From assembly GCA_964016885.1 (NCBI GenBank), contig OZ024746.1, positions 41,912,001 to 41,976,000 of the forward strand: a stretch of DNA of 64,000 bases. The letters are read 5' to 3'. The position numbers and the translations under genes were made by a program. A model generated the notes under the pieces. The model was given only the letters and a program-made list of their open reading frames with translations, was not told the origin of the DNA and did not search any database. Below, piece by piece: positions 54,346-64,000 of the stretch. This DNA comes from Eledone cirrhosa (lineage: Eukaryota). Position 1 is the stretch's first letter. Each line of letters opens with the position of its first letter.

Positions 54346-54753
54346 CTTTATGGATCCGAAACTTGGACACTAACATCACAACTTGAGAGGAGATTGGATG
54401 GCACATATACCCGCCTCTTAATGAGAGTGCAAAACCTATCCTGGAACCGACATCCCACCTTGTTTAAAATCTATGGCAAACTCCCTCGAGCCTCTGCCCT
54501 TCTAAAATCCCGGAGAGCTCAATTTGCTGGCCACTGTCACCGTGCCAGCAATGAAATCATATCTGCTCTGTTGCTCTGGAACCCTGACTCCAGCCTAACT
54601 AGGAGTAGGAAGCTGTCATTCCCTGACGTTATCTCTAGGGATACGGGAATCAGCAGACAGGACGTGGGGGCAGCGATGGGGGACAGGGGATTCTGGGGCA
54701 TGAGAGTGAGATCCATCACCTCGACAGTAGTCGACGAGTGATGATGGTGATGA
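54346..54753 (+). mobile_element. RTE/RTEX-type LINE 3' end (different family)
   Basis: [16 protein letters not shown]...IYGKLP...[11 protein letters not shown], with a (GAT)n tail. Confidence 0.85.
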
Positions 54754-54976
54754 TATATACACACATATATACATATATATATATATACACACATATATAC
54801 ATATATATATACACATATATATACATATATATATACACACATATATACATATATATATATACACACATATATACATATATATATATATACACACATATAT
54901 ACATATATATATATATATACACACATATATACATATATATATATACACACATATATACATATATGTCCAAAATCCA

Positions 54977-55521
54977 TTATGCCCCAAATCCGAAGATTTC
55001 ATTTAAACCCTCTCGCTAACTACCCCATTTGTTTTTCTAAAATAACAATCTTGTTTGTTTAATTTTGGCCGAAAAATTCTAGGTTTTATAAAATGGCCTC
55101 ATTATCCCTCTTATTTTTACCCCCGGCCCCACTATATCGTATTACGCGCCGGCTAGTTCACTCTTTCAATCACTCCCTTCCCTCACCAAATATAAATAAA
55201 CCTGTTACGAGGTACGAATCTCAGAATTTGTCAACGCTTATTAATGGTCAGACCTCATCGTTCCCTGCGAAGTATAATGTAAATGCCTTCTTTCTTATCT
55301 CTCTCCAGCCTATCGGTCCATTCATTCATATATCCGTATCATCGCCCAGAATCCAATCTTTTGCTCTCTCTCAATGCTATTCTATAGTTCTGTCTGGTTG
55401 TTTCTTAATAATCTTCTTGTATTTTAAAACCCCATTATTCGCTTATTATTACTGATATATCCTTCTCCAATTATGCCCCAAATCCGAAGATTTCATTTAA
55501 ACCCTCTCGTTAACTACCCCA
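54977..55521. repeat. 51-bp direct repeat, 494 bp apart, upstream of the RTE
   Basis: ttatgccccaaatccgaagatttcatttaaaccctctcgYtaactacccca at 54977 and 55471. Confidence 0.85.
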
Positions 55522-55729
55522 TACCCCTCCCACCCACCCCCACTCTCTACCATTATTATTAGGACCAATCATAAGTCAGCGGACTATGCTATCACTTCTG
55601 GTTGCTTGCCGATATGATGGATGGACTATGGAATTCTGGAGAGTCTGAAAAATCTGGACACTCAGTGACAGTGGTAAAGATAAAGACAATTCACCACATG
55701 CTGCCGGACGAAAAGACAATGACTCCGCT

Positions 55730-57565
55730 TTGTTTCGGCCACGGATGGCCAACATAACCCCAACCCCATCCTCCTCACCCCTCCCTGCGCCCCACCGTTC
55801 CCACCCACCAAACACAATCCAAAACTTCAGAGTTGGTACCATGAATGTAGGCACCTTAAAAGGTCGCTCTAACGAGGTTGTAGAAATGCTTGAACGTAAG
55901 GAGGTTGATGTTTGCTGTATCCAAGAGACCAGGTGGAGGGGTGGGTCTGCTAGATTCATTGTGGGTAAAAAACGATGCTATAAGCTTTTCTGGGTGAGAA
56001 ATGAAAATGGGCTGGGTGGGGTAGGAATCATGTTAGCAGAAAAATGGGTAGATAAGATAATAGACGTAAATAGAGTGAACGACAGAATAATTAAAATAAG
56101 ACTTGTCCTAAATAGAACTACTGTGACAGTAATATCTGCGTATGCACCCCAAACCGGACTGCCTGGCGCTATAAAAGACAGATTCTATGAGACATTGATG
56201 CTCACTACCTCCCAAATAACCGACAGTGACTACGTAATTATCGCTGGCGACCTAAATGGTCACGTTGGACAACATTGTGACGGTTATGACGGAATCCATG
56301 GAGGTTATGGGTTTGGTACTAGAAATGAGGAAGGCTCCAGAATCCTGGAATTCTGCGACGCAAATAACCTAACTATCTGTAACACTAACTTCAAAAAATG
56401 AGACAATCACTTGATCACCTATAGATCAGGGTAACACGCCAGTCAGATAGATTATATCCTTACCAGAAGACGTGATAGAGTGTCTGTTGTAAACACTAAA
56501 TCCCTCCCCCATGAAGAATGCACCTCCCAACATAGACTCATAGTCAACGACCTCATAGTCAGGACAAGACGTACTCGACAACAGAGGAGGAATATCCTCA
56601 GGAGGAAAATATGGAAGCTAAAGGACCCCACATCCAGTAATAAATTTCAAAGCATATTACTTGATGCTTTCGACAGTAAGGAAGAGCAATTAGAGTCATA
56701 CAATATAGAGGAACAGTGGGAATTCCTGAAAGCTAACCTGCTGAAGGCAGCAGATGAAGTTTGTGGCTGGAGCAGACCTATAGGCAGGAGGAGAGTAACG
56801 TGGTCGAGGAGTCAATTAAGGCCAAAAAGCAGGCTTGGAAAGTATGGCGGGATCGGGGAAGTAGAGAAGACTATCAAGTGGCCAGGAGGGAAGCTAGGAG
56901 ACAAGTGTTCTTCGCAAGAAGGGAAGCAGAGGAAAGAAAGTTCAAGAATGTTCTACAATGCGAGGACCAAAAATGTGAGGTGTTCAGGATTGCTAGGCAA
57001 TGTGTCAAGGAAAACCGTGATCTTGTCGGGGAGAAGTGTGTCCTTAATGATGATGGTGTACTTGCCATCACTGACGCTGATAAGAAGGTAGCTTGGAAGT
57101 GTCACTACGAAAGGCTACTAAATGAGGAGAATAAATGGGAGAAAGACAGTCTCTCCCACATCGATCCAATAGAGGGACCAGCAGTGCGAGTTGAAGGTAG
57201 TATAATAAGTAAGGCAATCAAAGATATGAAGACGGGTAAGGCGGCCGGGCCTTCGGAAATAGTTGCTGAAATGCTGAAAGCATCTGGAATGGTGGGACAC
57301 ACTATGGTCACCCGGATAGTAAACCAAGTCATACAGAATGGGTCCGTTCCGAAGGACTGGCATAGCATCATCATCTTTAACTGCTACAAGGGTAACGGAG
57401 ATGCTCTTGATAGGGGTAACTATAGAGGCATTAAATTAATCGACCAGGTCATGAAGGTCACAAAAAAAGTAATAGCGCAACTAATCAGAGAACGAATTGA
57501 TCTAGATGAAATGCAGTTCGGGTTTGTGTCAGGTAAAAGTACCACAGACGCTCTTTTCATTGTAC
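55730..57565 (+). mobile_element. RTE LINE: AP endonuclease and N-terminal RT, with stops/frameshift, 3' truncated
   Basis: GTMNVGTL, CIQETRW, GVGI, SAYAPQ and GDLNGHVG, then KTGKAAGP, NYRGIKL and QFGFVSGKSTTDA. Confidence 0.95.
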
Positions 57566-57754
57566 GGTATAGGCTCTCTGAACTCTTTCCATCCCGTTCT
57601 GACTCTAGCTACTGTACTTTCAGAGCACCCTCCCCCACTGATTCCAGTTCCTCAATAAAATAACAACCTAACCAGGAACTGGGCATATCAGAGTTTTTGA
57701 CAATATTATACACCTCAACAACATATGTACTTGTCTATACCACACTAATTCGGA

Positions 57755-57807
57755 CTGCCTGAAGAGGTCACAGCCAAAGATGGCTGTCACTGAAATATAT
57801 ATAACAG
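57755..57807 (+). ncRNA. Type I hammerhead ribozyme, intact core
   Basis: ctgc-CTGAAGA-ggt.acagcca(aaga)tggctgt.act-GAAAT-ATAT-ATA-acag. Stem I is weak, with its first pair mismatched. Confidence 0.7.
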
Positions 57808-58096
57808 CAATAAACGAAGCTAAATTTTAAACATTTGACTTTTTATTTAACTTTATTTTACATTACTCCGGAGTAACCAAACCAACCTGCGCACTTCGTC
57901 GAGTGCTCCAGCCTGCATACTGAGGTGTTGGTATACAACCAACATATACTCAAAATCTCTCTCCCTCTCTATATATATATATATATACACATATATATAT
58001 GTACATATATATATTATATATATATATATATACACATATATATTATATATATATATATGTACACATATATGATATATATGTATATATATATACACA

Positions 58097-58152
<56 letters not shown>

Positions 58153-58305
58153 TATATGTGTACATATATATATATATATAATATATATGTGTATATATAT
58201 AATATATATGTGTATATATATATATATACACATATATATATATACACATATATATTATATATATATCCTTATATATTATAAATATATTATATATATATAT
58301 ATATA

Positions 58306-58450
58306 TGGAGGCACATGGCTTAGTGGTTAGAGCATCGGCCTTGCAATCGAAGGGTTGTGAGTTTAATTCTCAGACCGGCTGATGTGTTGTTTCCTTGAGC
58401 AAGACACTTTATTTCACATTGCTCCAGTTTACTCAGCTGTAGAAATGAGA
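58306..58450 (+). mobile_element. tRNA/CORE-like SINE 5' part, followed by an RTE 3' UTR to ~58643
   Basis: tggcttagtgg A box and tccttgagcaagacactttatttca. Confidence 0.8.
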
Positions 58451-59053
58451 TGATGGGGACTGGGGTCCCTATCATTCCACTGCAAAGTGATCATGGAGGT
58501 GCCACGGCAAAAAAGCACCCAGCACTTACTGTAAATGAGGTTGGTGTTAGGAAGGGCATCCAGCTGTAGAAATCAAGCCAGAATCAGTTCCCGTCCCACG
58601 CTTGCAAGCAGGGAAAAGCAGACGTAAAATGATGATGATGATGTATATATTATATATATAAATATCTACACATATATATTATATATATATATATGTACAC
58701 ATATATATATGTACACATGTTTATATATATATATATATACACACACACATATATACATATATATATATCATCATCGTTTAACGTCCATCTTCCACGCTTG
58801 CATGGGTTTGGACGGGAGTTTTCCCAATTGAGGCAAGATTGGACTGTCTGGCAGGTTTTCTACGGCTGGATGCCCTGCCTAACACCAACCACGTTTACAC
58901 CAACTACTTTATATCTATGTAGGAGAACTCCTACCGATGCACTGAACGAAATATATATATATTTTATATATTTATATATAAATATACACACATATATATA
59001 CACACATATATACATATATATATACACATATATATATATACATATATACACAC

Positions 59054-59140
<87 letters not shown>

Positions 59141-59141
<1 letters not shown>

Positions 59142-59993
59142 TCAGACTCAGAATCTTCCGCGTCTTGCGACGCATGAGGCAATCATAGTGTTCCACCGCG
59201 TTCGGTCAGCAGCCAGTTGCACAGCGTCCTGCCATTGTCTGTTTGTCGCTCGCAGGTCCCTCTCAACTGTCTGGCGCCAGTTCATTTTCAGTCGCCCTCT
59301 CCGTCTGCTTCCCTGCGGGCTCCATTTAAGTACTTGGTTCGCCAGTCTCTCCGGGGGAAGTCTCAAAGCGTGTCCAAACCAGCCCAGGCATCGCTTGCAG
59401 ATGACAGAAGAGACTAGCTGCTGGTTGGTGCGGTTCCTGACTTCCTGGTTTGTTACATGGTCACTCCATTTAATCCCCAGGATCTTTCGCAGACACCTGG
59501 AATCGAATGCGTCCAACTTCTTCTCTTGGCTGGTCTTAAGGTGCCATGTTTCACTTCCATACAAGAGTGTGGACAGCACGTTGCTGTTGTAGAATCTCAT
59601 CTTTGTTTTGAGGGTGAACTTCCTGCTCTTCCAGATCTTGAGAAGCTGGTTAAATGCTGCTGAAGCCTTTTCCATTCTACATTGCAATTCACTGTCCATG
59701 GCGCCCCCATTGTCAATGGAGCTTCCTAGGTAGGTGAAGTTGTCCACTATCTCCACCTCCCCCTGTTCAATGAAAACACTAGTTGGTGATGGGTGTGTCC
59801 CAGATAACATGCTTTTGGTCTTCTTAGCACTGATATTGAGACCTCAGCTTCCTGCTTCAACAATGATATTGTTCATAATGATTTGCAGGTCAGCTGTACT
59901 CTCTGCAAGTGCAACAATATCGTCCGCAAAGTCCAGGTCAGACAACTTTTGCTCTCCCACCCAAGATATACCCTGGTCTTTAGACGCTCTTCT
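59141..59993 (-). mobile_element. RTE LINE RT C-terminal half
   Basis: [27 protein letters not shown] and WFGHALR, with a (TCTGAG)n tail. Confidence 0.93.
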
Positions 59994-60040
59994 TATACAC
60001 ACACATATATATATATATATATACACATACACACATATAT

Positions 60041-60071
<31 letters not shown>

Positions 60072-60641
60072 GAAGTTAATATAAATAAATATATAATCAA
60101 CACTTATGTGTTTTTACTGTAATTTGACAATAAATTAGCTAGGATGAAATATCTTAATTCAAATACATATAGTCTGCCTGTATCGATCTAAAAAATAATA
60201 CATCTATAATCACAGACGTATATCGGCAATGGCCTGGTACCTATACAAGTTTAAATTTCAAAATTCAAACCTTTTCCGTAGATCAGTCCGAAACTCAAAA
60301 CGTAAACCTGTTTCACAAGGGATGGTATAATATTGACATAATTAATTAGTTGTGAAATAATTAATTTTCTGTGATTCTCAATCGGCACCCAGAAAAATTA
60401 AAGTTACTTCACCTCGGAGATTTATCTAAGGTCTGGTTTATCGTATGCTAAATACATGTGCTTTTGCACACGGTTACTTCCAGCATTCTAGCTCATACTC
60501 ATGGCGCTAGAAATAACAGCCGTTTATATGGGATTACGAATTCAGCTCGACCGGGGGAGAGGTTTGTATAATATAATTTAGAGTTTACACTCAGGGGTCA
60601 ATTACAATTATTCAGCTCTAAGAAAGAAGCATTTCTGAGCA

Positions 60642-60836
<195 letters not shown>

Positions 60837-60897
60837 TATATACATATATATATATATATACACACATATATACATATATATATATATATACACACAC

Positions 60898-60946
<49 letters not shown>

Positions 60947-61032
60947 TACATATACATATGATGGTGCCAACTAGTTTTCGAGTACGGCGACTACTTTATT
61001 TCCATGTAGGAGAACCCCTACCGATGCGCTGA

Positions 61033-62267
61033 AGCCATGTATAGGGGAGCAAGTCAGCAAAGTTAGGATTAGCAATGAGTATAGCGAGGAATTTAGCGTA
61101 CAAGTTGGGGTCCACCAGGGCTCTGTTCTTAGCCCTCTCCTGTTCATCATAGTCCTGCAGGCAATAACGGAGGAGTTTAAGACCGGATGCCCATGGGAAC
61201 TCCTGTATGCTGATGACCTCGCACTTATAGCTGAATCTATGGTAGAACTAGAGAAGAAATTCCAAACTTGGAAGCAGGGACTAGAAAGAAAGGGTCTCAA
61301 AGTCAACATGAAAAAGACTAAGCTGTACTGGGACAGCGAGCAGCAAACAGCCACAGGAAACAAGTAGCACCAATCTATGGGAGGGCTCTGTAGAGACAGT
61401 AGACAGCTTCTGCAACCTAGGTGACCGAATTAGCAGCGGAAGTGGGTGTTCAGAAAGTTCAATAACTAGGGTAAGAATGGGATGGAAGAAGTTCAGGGAA
61501 CTACTACAACTGCTAGCTGCAAAAGGCTTCTCCTTCAAAATGAAAGGCAGACTGTATGATGCGTGTATCCGAACAGCAATGTTACATGGTAGTGAGACCT
61601 GGGCGCTGAAAGTGGAAGACTTACGTAGATTAGAGAGAAACGAAGCCTGCATGCTCCAATGGATGTGTAATAGTAATATACACGAACGACAAAGCATAAA
61701 TGAATTGAGAGAGAGACTGAGCATAAGATGAATCAAATGCTGTGTCCAGGAGAGGCGGTTGCGCTGGTATGGACATGTGATGTGTATGAAGGATGACAGC
61801 TGCATATAAAGGTGCAGAGCAGTAGAAGTCGATGGAAACCGCGGAGTGGGGAGACCCAAGATGACCTGGGATGAGGTGATAAAAGCCGACCTTACCCAAT
61901 TACACCTCTCAAAGGCGATGACACACGACCGTAACCTCTGGCGTCACGCAGTAATACAGAGTACCCGACCTCCCATGGGTATAAGCTGAAGCATATAGAC
62001 AATATGCCCCCACATCCTCCCACTGCAAGGTGGTCGTGGAGGTGCCACGGCAAAAAAGCACCCAGCCCACACTGTAAAGTGGACGTGTAGGCACCACGAA
62101 AAAGCACCCAGCACTCACTGTAAATGAGGTTGGTGTTAGGAAGGGCATCCAGCTGTAGAAATCAAGCCAAATCAGTTCCTGTATGAGCAAGGCATGGTCA
62201 GCCGACCAGACACTGCCCACAACAGGACAACCCGTGGAACAACGGACGTAAAACGGTGATGATGATG
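61033..62267 (+). mobile_element. RTE LINE RT core to 3' end, disrupted
   Basis: GVHQGSVLSPLLFIIV...LLYADDLALI (manual translation), GWKKFRELL, then the 3' UTR and (GAT)n. Confidence 0.93.
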
Positions 62268-62305
62268 ATATATATACACATATAAACATATATATATATA
62301 TACAC

Positions 62306-62388
<83 letters not shown>

Positions 62389-62596
62389 TACATATATATA
62401 TATATATATATAATGAAATAAATATGGTTTTATAAATATAGTTTCCATTTATTAATATTGTATATCTACTCCAAATATTTGTCGAGTGCTTTATATCAGT
62501 TATAAAAATATTTGCTTGTTGTATCCCAACAATTTAAATAAAACTTTTGCATATATACATATATATATATATACATATATATATATACATATATAC

Positions 62597-62651
<55 letters not shown>

Positions 62652-62652
<1 letters not shown>

Positions 62653-63082
62653 ACTCAGTAACAGAGAAGACCCGCCTTACCTAAATATATAGTAAAACCT
62701 ACTCCAGCCAGTAGGCATCTCTAACAAAATACACCCCGTCCCACCACCACCACCCCCACCCCATCCACACCACCCCGTCCTAAGTAAAGTTATGTTGGTG
62801 CCGCGCCATCCAGGCCGAAACAAATGAGATCGTGTAGGTGTCACGACAAAAAAACACACAGTCCACGCTGTAATGTGGCCGTGTAGGCAACACGGTAAAA
62901 ACCTCCCAGACCCACACTGTAAATGTGGTTGGTGTTAGGAAGGGCATCCAACTGTAGAAAACCTGCCAGACAGTCCTATGCGAGCAAGACAATCACTCTT
63001 GCCTCAAGTGGGACTACCCCGCTCCAAACCCATGCAAGCGTGGAACACGGACGTTAAACGTTGATGATGATGATGATGATGA
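62652..63082 (+). mobile_element. RTE 3' UTR with (GAT)n tail
   Basis: Inverse homolog of 21307-21840. Confidence 0.88.
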
Positions 63083-63107
63083 TACATATATATATATATA
63101 TATATAC

Positions 63108-63168
<61 letters not shown>

Positions 63169-63197
63169 CATATATTTATATATATACATATATATAC

Positions 63198-63315
<118 letters not shown>

Positions 63316-63329
63316 ATATATATATATAC

Positions 63330-63400
<71 letters not shown>

Positions 63401-63491
63401 TATATATCATCATCATCATCATCATCATCATTTTACGTCCGCTTTTCCCTGCTTGCAAGGGTGGGACAATATATATATATATACATACATA

Positions 63492-63559
<68 letters not shown>

Positions 63560-63586
63560 TATATACATACATATATATATATATAT

Positions 63587-63639
<53 letters not shown>

Positions 63640-63824
63640 CATATATATACATATATATATATATATACACATACATACATACATACATATATATATACAT
63701 ACATACATACATATATATATATACATACATATATATATATATATACATACATAATTATATATATATATTTCGTTTCTGAATTTGTTTAGCAAGATTCTTT
63801 ATCTGAAATTGTGTGTTGAAACCG

Positions 63825-63925
63825 ATATTGTTATACTTTGGGAGGGTCATGTTGCCAATAAAGTGAAAGCAACTGGTGCGTGTGTTTCTTATTGGCAACA
63901 TGACCCTCCCAAAGTATAACAATAT
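63825..63925. repeat. Perfect 37-bp inverted repeat with a 27-bp spacer
   Basis: 63825-63861 is the exact reverse complement of 63889-63925. The same arm occurs alone at 48220-48252. Confidence 0.9.
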
Positions 63926-64000
63926 ATATATATATATATATACATACATAATTACATATATATATATATATACATACATAATTACATATATATATATATA

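Overview
This is eukaryotic, AT-rich, repeat-dominated DNA. The SINE and LINE types and the very long (TA)n/(TACA)n tracts suggest an octopod cephalopod; that assignment is inferred from recall, not verified. I see no supportable host protein-coding gene, and most ORFs in the track are microsatellite artefacts (YI/CV repeats). The real coding remnants are all transposon-derived: RTE LINEs (APE and RT fragments with (CAT)n tails), CR1/L2-group 3' ends, two Penelope-like GIY-YIG fragments (one Naiad-like ORF at 52081-53103), a hAT transposase relic, a hAT MITE with an 8-bp TSD, piggyBac-type MITEs, a gypsy RT scrap and many tRNA-derived SINEs. The hidden layer is RNA structure. About nine type-I hammerhead ribozyme motifs (intact to decayed) with otherwise dissimilar sequences sit mostly in short modules inside or beside TA tracts, several with Penelope-style inverted arms. 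One module with the same inverted-plus-tandem layout (21964-22592) carries a complete tRNA-like cloverleaf on a long stem where a hammerhead would be expected. An apparent internally deleted RTE with an HDV-like 5' motif lies at 50567-51172.
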